In this document: positions 38,601 through 53,600 of the stretch, one piece after another | Layout: each line of letters begins with the position of its first letter | Numbering within the stretch: the stretch's first letter is position 1 | From: Phoronis australis | Taxonomy: Eukaryota > Animalia > Phoronida | NCBI GenBank assembly: GCA_002633005.1 | Contig: NMRA01000104.1 | Location: forward strand, 62,001-126,000 | Reading direction: 5' to 3' | Length of the DNA: 64,000 bases | The notes under the pieces: generated by a model | Database searches by the model: none | Told to the model about the DNA's origin: nothing | What the model saw: only the letters and a program-made list of their open reading frames with translations | Program-made: the position numbers and the translations under genes

Positions 38601-41600
38601 TGCTTTGTTTTTGAAATGATCATTTTACATTTAGGGACTCCAGCCTGAGGAGGGTGCCTGGTCATCCATAACCCCTCCTTCCTTGCTTCTTGTTTATATC
38701 CTTTCCCACTCGCTGAGGGGTGCCCCAACGATGGAGTAAATTGTCCCTATTTCCTGTGAAATTGTACCACCTTTTATGTTAAAGAAGGTAATCTTTAGAG
38801 AGGATCATCCAATGATCAATTTAACTGTAACTGGTTTCCATTTTTTAATGATTTCACCTTTCATATTGAGGTGTTTCCTTTCAGATGGTTCTTCTCTTGG
38901 AGGGACGGCTACTCTATAAATCCGGCACAATAACGCATGTAGATAAAACTTTAAAATGGTTGAGAAATACCACAGAACATAGTCATGTGAAGCTTGAAGA
39001 TGATTATTAGTGAATTACACAACGAGAATATTCTCAATGGCTTTATAACGATAAAAATGCCAATACTTCTCCCCAAAAAATTGCAAGAACAGTTCTTTTG
39101 AAGTTCGTTATTAGAAAAGCATCCCCTAAAAAGGGAGTTTTTTGTACAATACTCACATGCGCACCACTATCAGGATTTTTTGATGAGTATGTGCAGTGCA
39201 CAGTCTAACTGATAAAAAGTCTCTAAGTACATGTACTGCTAATCATAAACAAAGATTTCTGCAATGCTGGATAACAAGTTTGAGTCATGAACTCTTACAG
39301 GATACTGTTGGAATGAGCCTGAATTCAGGTTATCTATTGACTAAATTTGGACAATTTCTTGGAAGAGATGATCAAAATATTCCGCAAATTCAGACTACAT
39401 CTATGTTCAGTGAGGCATCATTGTCCACTTTTTTAAAGAGTTTAATTGGCAAAAAAAAACTATGAATCGGTTTTTGCAGATGAACTTTCCCCAAACTGAA
39501 CCCTAATAAAGTGACCTTTGGCCTCATTTTTACTTTTCTATCCAAAGTTTTCAAGACTATGTTCCATCTACTCAATTCCAAGGTGATGCTATTCCTTACG
39601 GTATTTCTCCGCATTTCACAGCCGGCGGTAAGAGTTTCTTACATTACATTTATAGCACCTAAAGAGTGATTTTGGCAGTACATTCTTTTAGCAACCTAAG
39701 AAGTAAATTACAAGAAGAAATTTTCTAAAGATCAAATTTACCCAAACACATGTGTGTAATTTGTCCAGGTCACAAATAAGTGAAATTTTGTTGACCCATG
39801 GCTATCTTGTTATGAATTAGTTGTTGCCCCCACAATAATATTTTCCTTCCCACAGACTTGCATTAAAATCCCATTTATTCTATAACGGAAGTTGAGTTTT
39901 CTCATTACAAGTGCCTTGTGAGTGAGTGGGTGTAATTGGTGAATTCTAGTTATGTCAGCAACTTTAGATTCTAAATCTAATGAATACAGGGATGACCATG
40001 TGAGTGGTGCTCGACTAAAAGTTAATTAGAGAGGACACAACTTAGAGATTACCACATACTTAAGTAAGTACTCACTGATAATGCTTCATCTAACAAGAAT
40101 ATAGCATCATTCATCAGTAAATTAATAAATCGAAGAAACAGAGGGGAGTCTGTGGCTTCGATGTTTTCTTCGGCTTGAATAGCCAGGTCCTGCAAAACAA
40201 ATTAAACCAATCAGATTCAAGGAAGACATCTTGTCCTGATTAAGGCTAGCAGTTAACAATATGGGAATGCCAAGGTATTGTTTCAACATCACTTACAAAT
40301 AAGTGAACAAACAAGATGTGTAACACACACTTAGCAAAACTGAATGAAAAACTTAAAAGTGAGATTGACGGTTTAAGCACGAACAGCAACCACCACCACA
40401 CCTACATCCATGGCACCAAATGTTAATCCTACAAAAGTGCAATGAGGAATCAACCAATAAAACAGCAGTCATGAAAACAGAAGAAAAATTGAATATATTT
40501 AGAGCATATGAAAGGTAAACCTTGATGAGATTTACATACATAACAAACTTCAGAAGATTCCTTCAAATGATTGCGAAGCAAGAGCTCTGAGAGTGATTAT
40601 TCAAAAAAGGATATTACAGCATCAGTTTGAGTTCAATTTCGCTCCAGAACAATAAGCCTCGAGCTTTTCACGAGATACGCGATGTGTGTAAATTTCACGA
40701 CTTTGTAAATCAGACCTGTAGCACGAGTGTGATAGATCAACAAAATGGTGATCTTGAATAACTTGAGAATGGTGAATCACAACGAGAAAAGGGTGGCATA
40801 ATTCAGAGTGCTAGATGCAATGCAAACTCAGTCATGGCAAAACAACATACTTGGCTTTTGCCAATTAATAACACTTAAATTTATTTTTGAAATTAGGCAT
40901 GATTTATTTCATTTGTTACTTAACTCGACTTTTTGCCAGGGCTTTGAATGACCAATCCCACAAAAGAGGAAAAATTTCCAAGTTATGAATTGTTCCACAA
41001 ATACATAAGCTTGTGTGATAGAAATATTTTTTGTGCTGTGAGATAACTGAAATGAATGGTTTTGGGTAAATAAAGTCAAAATAATAATAAAAAAGAGACA
41101 AAAAAGAGGAAACTGGAAATTGAAACCAAAAAAGACGAAATCCTCTTAAATGAGGAAAATTCCAAGCCCTGCTTCACATACCATTAGTGCAATGCAGTTA
41201 GGGTTTCATTTCTTTGTAACACATTAACTAGTCAAAGTTCAGAGTAAAATGACCACCACACAGTTTCACAGTAACTAGTTGCACAATACAGTTGATGTAT
41301 TTTTCAATTCAAACACAAATTTTGTACTGATATTTGACAAATTAACTGCATCTAACTTATGAAAGCGACTAAATCATGTTTATTCATAATAGTATAAAAT
41401 CAAAAACACTGTCAACAACAACAAACCTTGATTGCACTTTTGTGTACGTCGTGTTTCCAGATGAAATCTAGAATCTTGTACATGGGCCGTCTGTAGTTGA
41501 ACTTTTGTTCAAATTCCACGCTCTGTCCAGTCATCTCAATGCTAACAAAGACGTGCAGCAGCACGGGTCCAATAAAGCTTGCCAGAGGGTGATCTGTGAA

Positions 41601-44600
41601 CATCCTGTCCCTGTGTAAACTGAAATAACAGATGATAGGTATGGATATTGAGTAAAGATCCTACTGAGAAATGTCATCAACTTTACAAAAAATTTAACCA
41701 ACAACCTTCAGCCACAGGAATCTGAAAACAAAGGCAACTAAAATTAGCCTGGCATGATAAACCACTTCACCTTTGAAATGGAATTCCTTATTTTTGTAAT
41801 TACTTGGTCAAATTAGTTAGAAACACAACATATAGCGGCGGTGTGAATATGAAGTTCGTTGAAAATTGCTAAATTTTTAGGAACAAGTTTTGTGTCGAAA
41901 ATGATTTGTCGTAAATCAACCAATCATGTCTAGCAAGTATCATGACGTGGTGTTGGGGAATAGTACTGCATAATGCGGTCTATTTGAGCCCCCAAGGTAC
42001 GTCATTAGTGCAAAGGTCACCTATTTGCAGAATTTTTGTTTTCACATTAATTTACAAATTGTCAATGAATACAACTGCACTTTGCTTTGAGTAAATGATG
42101 TTAAAATAGCACTGTCGTACAGGTCCTGCTATACATTTAAACATAGTTAGGAGCATGCAAATACATCTTTAAAGTCAATTTTGATTGGTTTCTTACAGAA
42201 AAAATCCAGTTAGTCCTGAAAAAATTACAGTAAAAATTCTACAGCTTGGGAATGAAAATTCAATTATTTTGCTCAAAGTTGGAGCTTGGCCCAAATTTTT
42301 CACTGGACTCGACTTCTGGTAATTAAACGGGATGACTGGAAGCTAACATTGGAAATCTGTGATTTCTAATAGAGTCATAAAAATAACAGTAAGTGCTTAA
42401 GTTCCGATCCAAGCTTATATACCAACAACCCCAAAATGAGTTTTTTTGGCCCTAAAACCAATTATGTCCCTTAATGTGTTCATGCCCATTTCCCTGCATT
42501 GAACAAGTTTTAATAAACATCAAATTTGCTCCCCAAGATGAGTATATTTCATTAAATTGAAATTTTTATTATTATTATTATTTTTCAATCTCCGCTTGTT
42601 TGTGAAAATAAAGTTCAGAATTTTTGGTGGTTGGGCACTGAATTGAAGATCCCCTCATCCTATTCATGTAGTCACCCATTAAAAGTTATGTGGAAAATGA
42701 AACAGACTGGAGACGGGCAGAAATGGGAAACCTTGACCAAAAACATGCTGTCATCATCCATGTGGGTCTACTCAAATTGTAACAAGTTTCTCCCATGTTT
42801 ATTCAGTTCCTTCTCAGCCTTATCCCATCCCGTGGCATCAAAATTCTTGAGAGTGTAGTGAGAGCCACTTTGTTGAGACAAGACTCATCTAACGATGAGC
42901 AGTGGGTTGAAGGAAGCCTATTTAGTTCTACTCATCCCCTCATGACTCACTTGGAGAGCATGCCCATGCTACCCATTGCTGTCTCATCCCCAGCAGGCAT
43001 CAAATCTTCTAGAGCCTGAGCTAGGCGTGCTCTCAAGTGAGGGTTCTTCATTCTCTCAGGACTTCCCATGAACACAAGAATCCAGGTCATCACATGGTTC
43101 ACCTGGTCTCCAAGAACCTGTTGAGTGTATCAATTACACAAGGCTTACCGTGTGGTAGGTCAACCAAAACTAGTGACAAATGTCATCTTGCAAATCATAA
43201 AGGTAGGGTTGGTAATGGAAGTGAACAACAAATTATCACCCAGCTTTTCAGATTTTTGACATAACTTTACTGTGATAAATGGCAAACTTATCTCAATGCC
43301 ACATGGTGATTAGCATGTGATCAATGACAACTCCAAATGCCCAACAGACATGGGTAAATACTGCACAATGAGAGAGCGCCCTCTGGTATTCCACAAAGTG
43401 ACTATTAAGTAATACCAAATGTAATGAGAACATTGTATAGTTAACATATTACACATCACTGATTGAAACTTGTCTGCAAGCCTACCATTCATTTTGTGCT
43501 CCCTATTAAGCAAGAAACGGCAACTTTGCAACACGCACCTCACTTTGTGTGTTTGTGACCCTTTAATGACCTTTGTAATAATTTTTCTGCCAAAAGATGA
43601 GACACAATTTGTCCAGAAATCAAGCAGTTTAGGGCATAATATGGCACGCAAGTGAACTTTACTATATTTTCATAAAAGGAGCACCAGATAAATGCTATAT
43701 CATCTTAAAACTCCTACCACGGCTACAATTACACTTACACAACAATATCTGAAGTCTTTGAATAAAGGAAAACTATCAAATGAATTTAGGCAAAAAATTT
43801 TGTCTTGAACTTCATAAGATTGTATCATACCATACAGTAATGTCTATTGACCACTCTCTATATATCAGGACAAGTAAAATGAATAAGCCTCATAGCCTTC
43901 ATCCAGCCAAGTCAAGGACGAGTTATAACTAACATCATATGCAAGAGGTGCAGTTTAGAGGGACAGCAACCAAATTACCCTGAAGAAATAATGAAGAATA
44001 CACAAAACTTTAGTCATGTCTTGTGTTATGGTACCATATACCTCAAAGGTCTGGTCTCTAAACTTCCTTGTAAACAGCATCAAGTCGGCTACATTTGTAA
44101 CAATGTATTCTGGTACTGTACTCAGAGGACCAGGCACCAGCTGGGGTAGAGGGAACGTCACCTCGCTGAACTCGTTCATATCTGGACAGACTGCTAGGTG
44201 TGTCAACCATGTTACAGTAGCAACATTCAGGTTCAAACTTAATTCTAGCAGATGTGGGTTTGACAGCACAGCTTTCATGGACAGGTAGGATGACATCACT
44301 GTGAATGATAAGATATGATGATCAAGACATGGAAGGTACTGTAATATTATGGGATGGCTAGACACTCGAAACCAAAACTATTCCGTAAACTATTAAGTAA
44401 GTGCAATTTAATGAAAACAATCTGCGGTAGAATGAGATCAGCCAGGGAAGATTGCAACCAGTGGTCAGAAATAACATAGTTTATGAATGCACGTCATATG
44501 GGTGCATGTTTTCATCCTCATTATCGTAAACAGCTACACAGAGAGAAAACCAGAATGATTTGATCATTACTAACATATATAGTGAGCAAATCATAATGGC

Positions 44601-47600
44601 TTGATCAGTATTATATAGTGAGCAAATCATAATGGCTTGATCACTATTATATAGTGAGCAAATCAGGATGTCCTAATCATTACTACATAGTGAGCAAAAC
44701 ACTATTATATAGTGAGCAAACCATAATGGCTTGATCACTATTATATAGTGAGCAAACCATAATGGCTTGATCACTATTATATAGTGAGCAAACCATAATG
44801 GCTTGATCACTATTATATAGTGAGCAAACCATAATGACTTGATCACTATTGTATAGTGAGCAAACCATAATGGCTTGATCACTATTATATAGTGAGCAAA
44901 TCAGGATGTCCTAATCATTACTACATAGTGAGCAATCTAAGATGTCACCAGCAGCAACCTAAAAGTAGTCACAACTAACTTCTGACATTTTGTCAAATTC
45001 TCTGTAGAATATTGAAGTAAAACAAATTGTTTGTGAAAATTGAAATGCATAGGAACAATGAAACTGACTTTTTTCAAATCGCTGCTCGACCCGCCTGACA
45101 GGGTCTGAGGAGGCAGCGCCACTGTTCATCATCTCATGGTAGAGGGTCTGAAGTTGGTGCAGTTCACGACTCAGTTTGGTGAAACGTTCAAACAACACAT
45201 GGAAACCAATGTGTACACAGTAATGAGTCATGAAGAAGCACTCTGTGATGAAGTTATACTGGTCCACTTGCACTGCCCCCTGTTGTCCATCTTCAATGGA
45301 AATTAAACAGGTCTCCTTCGGATCACCTTAGGGACAGAAAGTATCAACTTTGAAATATGAACAATGACTTTGTACACTCAGATATATAGATGCTATCTCA
45401 CAAGTACAGTTTTTGAATGCCACAATATCTTGAACTAGAATGGACATATTATAAGCAGATTTACAAAACACCAGGTATAGTTTACCATAAAAACAGAAAA
45501 AGCCAGTTCTTGACAATCTGAAACTTCAAACTCTGGTCAGAGAATATGCTCCACTCCAACACTCACAAATCATGTGAATCCCACGGTTCTTAGCCTCTTC
45601 ATCGCTGCTCACTGTTGACACGCAGTAAGTGGGTTGAACCTTCAGTAAATCAGGACAGCATGGTTTGGCAAATCGTTGACACAGACGCAGCATAACTGTA
45701 CATAAGTTGATAAAGAAGCCGTCACCAGCGTACATCAGGCTGAACATTTGTTGGGGCATCATTTGAGATGACCAAAGCTTGGCTCGACCTGTAGTATATG
45801 AACACATAATATAGAAGCCAGTTCTTAATAAAAGACTCTTCACAAACAATATAATAGCTCTGTGAATCTTGTCCTTCAACTCAATAAATGCTATAAGATG
45901 TACCCTTGTGTACACCATTGTTACAATGTGTCACGTAATCTAGTGCATAATTTTCCATGTGTAATACACAAACACTACCATAGATTTCAGTTAGAAAAAT
46001 TGACTCAGTCACCATAAAACTGCTACAAACCTACATTCTGCCCAATAAGTATAGTTCGCTAGTAGCCCTTCGTTTACACAAACTTCATTAAAGACACGAC
46101 TAAGACTTTTTGTTAGGGCTCCTGATGCTAGTATGTTAACTTCGTAATTTCGGAACAGTCTCTTTCTCTTTGTTACTTTATTCCTGCACACCAGAAGAAA
46201 TTACGAAGTTAACGTACTAGCATCAAGCTCACTAACAAAAAGTCGAGTCGTGTCTTTAATGAAGTCCGTCCGATAAGCGAACTTTCAATTTAGACCATCT
46301 ACCATGACAAAATTGGTCTCAAATTGTGACAAGCGAATATGTAAGGCCTGATCTCAAGTAGTACCCAACTGTCAGCTCTTTCAAAGCCCTGAATTCCTCT
46401 CCAATCAAACTAAAAAATAATTTGAGACCAGTTTCTAAATCATCATTTCATGTGCCATGTAGTGGTAATTAGGTCAAGTCAAAACTTTACTTGAATAAAT
46501 CAAGTCAGCAATGGTGAATCTTTGTGCTGAAGCTTTCAATGAATTTAATTCGGTTGATGATTTTATCATGAGTAATTAAAAACTCTAACTCGCCGTATCA
46601 AAAACGAAATAAATCTTAGCATTTCATAAATTGTTTCCATTTCAAAATTTGGACCAAAACAATGGTTTTCAAAGATGACACTGCAAGTGGCTTTTACAAG
46701 CATAGCGATAATATTCTTTCGTAGATGCAGCCTATGGTTGTTGTACTCACCTGCATTTGCATGTAAGCAGTTCCCAATCCATGATAACATGGCATGTTTA
46801 CAGCCTGGGGACAGTTTGAGAATGTTGTAAAACACAGTGAATAACTTATCGGTTACATTGCGAGTCATTATCCAGATGTTGTTCTCCAGTATTTCTAACT
46901 CTTGTTTAGGTGTTCGCACAACACTGCTAAAGAACTCAAAAGGGCCATTCTCAGACCGTGGCAGACAGCTGACATCCAAAAGTAATCCAAACAAAGTGTT
47001 CTCATATACTTTTCCATTACTTTTGTCTGTTGGTGTACTAAATTTAACGAGTGCCTGAAATACAGATAATCGTAAGTCAGTGGGGCAAACATTTGTAACA
47101 AGTACAAATTTCAACATCCTATATAAATTACAATTACAAATAAAACATACTGTAATTTTAAGCCTCTTATGAATGACGCAACGGACCAAAATATCTTTCC
47201 TTCGTATTTCACACAGAAGATGACATAAATAATATTGTTTCATGATGCAATCCCGAAAAAGTGGTGCGTAGATTAATCACTAGCAAGTACACCAACAAGA
47301 GTTGCAAAGCAGCCACAAGATTTTCAGATCANAAATCAAGTTGCCCATGACTTGATTAATGGCTTAGTGAACATATTGCACTCTGTTCACTGGCAATATG
47401 GGCTTTTTTGTATTGGGTTAAGTTAGGATATATGCATTTCGTTTTGACTTTTGAGGGCTGAAGTAACCAACCTGTCAACATTAACAGGTCAAAAAATACC
47501 ACCCATTTTTAATGGATCACTTCTTACAGGAACGACCACCTATAATTTGTGTTTTTTTCTGAAGACAACCACCCATGAATTTTTATTTCTACTGCCGTCC

Positions 47601-50600
47601 CCCCCCCTCCCACACGGATTTTACTGGAACAGCCCTAATGCGTGAACAATAGAAACGCATTCTTAAAAAAACAAACGAATATGCAATAACCACAATACTG
47701 CTTGTGTCGATATGAACAAATTTTAGAGAGAATATAATGAACAGTAGCGACACCTTTTGTTTTTATGCACAAACTTTAACTATTGAAACATTAAGACTCG
47801 CTTTTTCTTTTTATAGCTCTCAACAGATCGTGTCGTGGTACAATTTTTTCTCTTAAGAAGTACCATACACATGCTATTGATTATCTGTTGTAGGCAAGGT
47901 TAATACTAATGAGAAAACAATTTAGATTTTTGATTAAATACACAGCCTCAGGAGCATAAACCTGTTTTGGTCAGCACATGCTGAGTTTGGAATACAATAT
48001 CCAGTTCGTCTACAAAGGAAAACAAGCAAAAACACGCCACTTTTATCTAACTAACCTCTGCAAGAAAAGACTTCCTGGTGAAGAACTGCATCAAGTTCAA
48101 CACATTGGGAATGTCTGGGTTGACAAGGGACCTGTTCTCCTTAATTTTTTCCACCATTTCGTCGAAACAAGGCTTGAAAACATCATACACACCCAGAGTC
48201 TCACTGTTGGCTTCGATTTCACTCGCAATGAGTTCAAAAAACTCAATCATTAGATCAGATTCTGAAAAATATAACACGTCTTAAAATACATTATATGTAT
48301 TAAAATGCCTATAAAAATATTTGACATATGGTGATGCAATGTGGGAGCACAAAAACAATATTGCAACAGGTAGTCACTGAACTGGATTGCAACTTGTTTT
48401 TCCTTCTGGTTGCATAAAACTTCACATGTTAACCTAAAAGGACATCTTATCAAAATTCAGGAAATGTATTGTCAAACCAAGCTACATAAAACTCTTTCGC
48501 ATGTCCAAGATTATGCTCCTTTGTCAAGAATGACGCATGTGTTTGGATCTACAACAGGACATTCTGTTGTACAATGGATACCTACATGCGCCAATGAGCC
48601 AAACTTAAGCACGTGGCTACATAAGAAACACTCTAAAAAACATTTTTCTTCGAAAAAAATCATTATTTTGGATATAGACGTGTGAGCTTAAATAAGCGCA
48701 TAATTATTTTGTAAAGGAGACTCTAATAATAGAAATACTCATTGCATAAAATTTGAGCTGTGTGACAGAGAGAATTCTTCATTTGAGCTTATCACAAAAA
48801 TGTCAAGCTTTGCTATTATTAATAGGTACCTGAGGAGTGGCACTCTTGGAAAAATATATCCAAGAACTGGGAAGAGAGTGTTTGACCAGGGTAGATGTCA
48901 GGGTTCTGAAGTGCAGTCTGGGCATTGCTGACTAAAATTTTCTTAAACCTCGAGACATGTTCCTGAACATCATCCTAAAACACAAATTAACAAGTCATTT
49001 TCAAATCTTTCCTGTCAACTATGAATTACCATAGTTTGCAACAGCTTATTATTTTTAATGACTTAATCCTATTAAAATGACTTCAATTTCAGGCCTCATA
49101 AGTGAGACCCACAGTATTTATAGCAGGGGCCCACCCAAAAGCAACCCAGGAGTGAGGCCCCCTATAGTAATAATTGAATTGCTTGCCTAAGTCATTTTAA
49201 TAAGAATGACATTCAAAATAACTAGCCATCTGTTGAAATGACAATATCTACCTCCAACATGACCAATATGAAAAGTACATTGCTGTATCCTATATGAATT
49301 ATATAAGCGGTCATTCGTGTTCCAATTCAACTTAGAGAGACATTACGGTCAAGAAATTTAGGAATCAAACCTAGAATACCTGCAGTCACAGCCTAACACT
49401 CTGCTGACAGAGATGAATCCCACTTAATAAATGGCAGAGTATTTGGCAAAGACATCGGCCTTGATTTCAGCAAGATTCTCGTGAGAATTGGCAATTTGTA
49501 ATAAAATGTAAAAATCATACAAAACTGTGGATTTTGTCGTTTACAACCTAGATAAAGCTAATAATTTCAAGAAGTCTACATCATCCAGTACTAATCCCAA
49601 AAATGCATTTTTTGGCTGCAAAACTGACAATGTCCCTTAATGTTAATAAGCCATAATGGGTTACATTTTCGTGTTATTACCCAATGTACATCTGGCTTTA
49701 AGTGCTGTTGCACTACGTATTACTTGAAATTTTCAGTTGTTGTTGTCCGACCTCTAGGTCAGAAGAAAGGAATCTTCTCACCACTGAGGTTATGAGTAAA
49801 AAAAGGCATGGTAGATAAGGATATCAGCATAAAAAATTGGTAAAATTGTACCAGTGACAATAAAAAATAGCTAGATTGAAGATTTTAAAATCGATTAATA
49901 AGCAGGGCACAAAAGGCTTTACACATCCTTATTTACTACGACAGGGTGGCACTGGTCAGATGTAGCGGTTCCTAATTTTGAGAACCAGTTTCATCCACCA
50001 AATAACAGGCCCATAATACAGATATTGCCTGGTTCTTAAAATCAGGAACTGCTATATCCGACCAGTTCCCAACAGAGTAACACCTTACAAAAGCTCTAGC
50101 ATGCCAAGACAATCCAAAATAAAGAGAAGTGTTTACCTTAACCTGTGAACACCTGATATAGCATTGATACAAGTAGAAGAGTACTTTATCTTCAACCACT
50201 GCACTGGCCTCTCGTTTATTGAAGGCTGATGTGTGGGTTGTAATAACCATGGATAAGGGATTACCCAGCATTAGTCTTTCAAACAGGGCCTGTAGGGAAA
50301 CTAAAGGAGTTAGCACAGAGGCAAGTAATTGAGTCATAGAATGCAATACCTTTAAAGTACACAAACAAGAGCAGTGGAAACTGCTGAAATGCATCCATGA
50401 TTACACTGCAAATGGTATGATTCTAGGGGTGTTCATTAGAAAGAAACAAAATTGTCACTAGGGGGCACCAAAGTAACCGGATCCATCAACGTCAGTCATG
50501 CTGTTGTCAATAGAAAACATCTGCAGTTTTCTTAAAAGTCCTTTGAGCAGCTAGACAGAGAGGCCAAATCAAAAAATAACCTAGATGGGACAGAAAATGT

Positions 50601-53600
50601 TTTAACTGTTTGAAAATAGAAATGTGTTGTCATCTCCCAAACAGAAGCTAACAAATTTCATAAAAGTCTGTAAAGAAACTATGAATACACAGAGAAATGT
50701 GTAAAAAATAAAATAGCCACTAGGAGGCACAGCGGTAGTCAGAGCTTCCAGGCAGTCATCATCCACATCTACAGAAGAACACAATCCAAATTTCAAAATA
50801 ATCCTGCAAGGGATTATTAAAGGAGATACATCTACAAATGCAGAGCAGAGCAGTAGCTGGATCCATCAAAAATTCATTTGTCGTCTGTCATTTGTTGTAA
50901 CATTCAGAGGAAAACACTAGCCAATATTTCACAAAGATCCTACAAGGGCTTAAGGAGATACAGCCATGCACACAAGAAAACAAAATTGCCAATAGGGTGC
51001 ACCACTATAATCAGGGGTCATCTGATTCAGAAAATCAATATCTACCAATTTTCATAATGGTCCTTTAAGCACTTTGGTAAATAGGACTAAAAATACTAAA
51101 AAAGGCACCAAAGTGTAACAGAATGTGTCAAATCTGTACGAAAATATGAAAATGGAAAGGCAACATTGTCTCATCAATAGAAACGTACAAGACAAATTTC
51201 ATGGCCAAAAATGATAATGGGAGGCACTGCAGTAGTCTGCGCCATTCAAAAATCATTATCAGTGGTCTCTTCCCAGTATGAAAACATTTGTCAATTTTCA
51301 TAATCATGTTCACAGCGTTTTGGCCAATAGAGGGGCGAACAACAAAAACAGACTAAAAAATAATGAAACTTCTACAAGGTGATGTGCATTACGTCAAATC
51401 CATCTGAAAGCAAAAAAGTTGTCATCACCTTATCAATGGAAATCTATTGGCCAAGTTTTATTAAAATCTGTTCAGGAATTACAAAGAGAGACAGAGCTCT
51501 GTCCTATCAGTTACTTGCTCCAGATTGTCATGGTTTACAGCCATGTTCACAAACCATTTGAAGGTTGGTATGACAGAGCTCTGGTCTATCACTTACCTGT
51601 TCTAGATTGTCATGGTCTATCCAGTCCTGATCATTGCTTGCTTCATGAAGCTCTTTTAAATAAACACATTTTGGCGGACGTCCTGCCAAACTACTTGGTT
51701 CTACAATACATATTTCCAGTAAAACAAGTGTATTTGATTAAGTTCAATAAAAATGTGAAAAATCGCGAAGTGTTCCCACTATACTCAAAAGCGGTTGTGC
51801 TTGCGGCATCCTTAAACAAAATTTAATAACTGTTCAGTGGAATACATTTCATATTTGCAATTGTCTACCCCATAATCATGATAACTAATGAAGTGTTTTA
51901 ATGCAGACACAGGAATTACCTTCCACAATTATTATTCAGGCAAACTTCGCAAGTCACATTTAGAAATCTGGAGTGTTCAAGAACACTAAACTTGTTCAGT
52001 AAGTCGGTCCAGTCCATTTTGCAGACTGTCAGGGGTGATCAGAATACTTGTCCATTTAGCAGATTCCTATCAAATCACATACTGTACCTCTGTCAAGGGT
52101 GATCAGGAACACTTGTTCAATAAGCTGATTCAGATCAAGCTTTTCCAATGCTTTGGCAGAAATTTCATCGTCTATACCTAGCAAAAAAGTTACTCGTTTT
52201 TTTATGCTACACATACTATAAAATCCAGGGCCTTTTAAACAAAATAATGCATTTTCTGGAAACATTTACAAAGGCAATGATCCATGACCTGATATTCAGA
52301 AATAAAGCCATAGCGTTTGGAAGTCAGGCCAATGGTTCTGCCAAACATCTATTGCTACAATACTATTAAAACCAATAAAACAATGACTGCCTAAAACCAC
52401 TGCATTAAATTATTGAACAAATAAAATCAAAAAGCATATTTTGCAACATTTAAAATGAATATTGTCGACTTTTAATTGAAATAACGTGTTCCTTGGGAAA
52501 ATTAAAAAATGCAACTCTCCCAAATATAAGGCCATGGCGAGGAAATAGACCACTTACTGATACAAATCTGGTCTCCACTCATTATTAAGTGACACCTTGG
52601 CTTGGAAAGACCTGACAATGCAATATCACTTAAGACCATGCACAGTGCATAAAATGACCCACCGTGTCATTATCGATTTACTACACCTGGTCTCAAATAA
52701 TAGCAAACAGTTTCCCAGCTCCAGAAATGTCTCGTAAATTGAGTAGGGATCAAGATGAATTTTGCACAGTAAGTGCATAGCAGTTTTTATTAGTATTAAA
52801 TTGAAAACACGACAATATCTCCATGATTTACTGTAAAGTATGTCTTTGATAAGGCCAAAAAGATCAAAGCTCTGTATCCTGACTCATTCACTAGACTAAA
52901 AAAATGTCTGACAGCAACAATTTCAGTCAAGGCTTCATTTTTTGAAAAGCTGCACAAAGACATGTAAACTATGGTGAGCATTGGTTGAAACAATCCTGAT
53001 TTGACAAGCAATGAGTAAAAAACAAATTCAACGTCATATTTGCTCCTCTCAGGTGATTTTCTCTTTTCAAATGTTAGGATCTAAAAAGACACTGCAACAC
53101 CGACTTGACATTGGAAAAAAAACAGACACCTGAACTAATTATGATTTTTTGGCCAAATAGAAATTAAAAAAAAACATAAAATAGTACCTTCAACATTCAC
53201 AATGGAAAAAAATCTGTCAAGGTAGAGACAGGTAAATACAGTTACTAGAGTGAGGTCATTTCCCGAGGACGGAGGGCAACTTAGTAGATATGTCAGAGTA
53301 ATATCAGTTCTGTAGATTTTCAATAATATAGCGAAAAAAGCCAAGCAGTACAGTGTTATGTTTCAGTCAAAATACTGCAAAGGTGAGACAGTATGTTTCT
53401 CTGCTTAAAGTCTGCAGTAAACAAACAGTCAAATCACTCAGAGACAATTTGTATATTTGAAAGCATTTTGATCCAATTTATCACAAAAAAATTGTCTAGA
53501 TTATAATACACTTCAACTTCCATTCAAAACTCCATTGTGTTCAATTTGGGATAACACAAACTGCTTGAAGGAATAAATAATAATGACAATATTCAGCTCA

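Noticed and set aside
44560-44935. CRISPR-like 36-bp palindromic repeats
   Set aside because: Units are contiguous with no unique spacers, lie in a spliceosomal intron, and no cas genes are present; the repetitive ORFs here are artefacts.
49349-49412. tRNA-like sequence (also about 56280-56345)
   Set aside because: Only decayed box-B-like remnants with no cloverleaf; at most old SINE heads.
50400-51100. recurrent agggggcacc / ggagataca motifs (similar at 26590-26840 and 57690-58320)
   Set aside because: Look like highly decayed interspersed repeats; boundaries and family cannot be defined.
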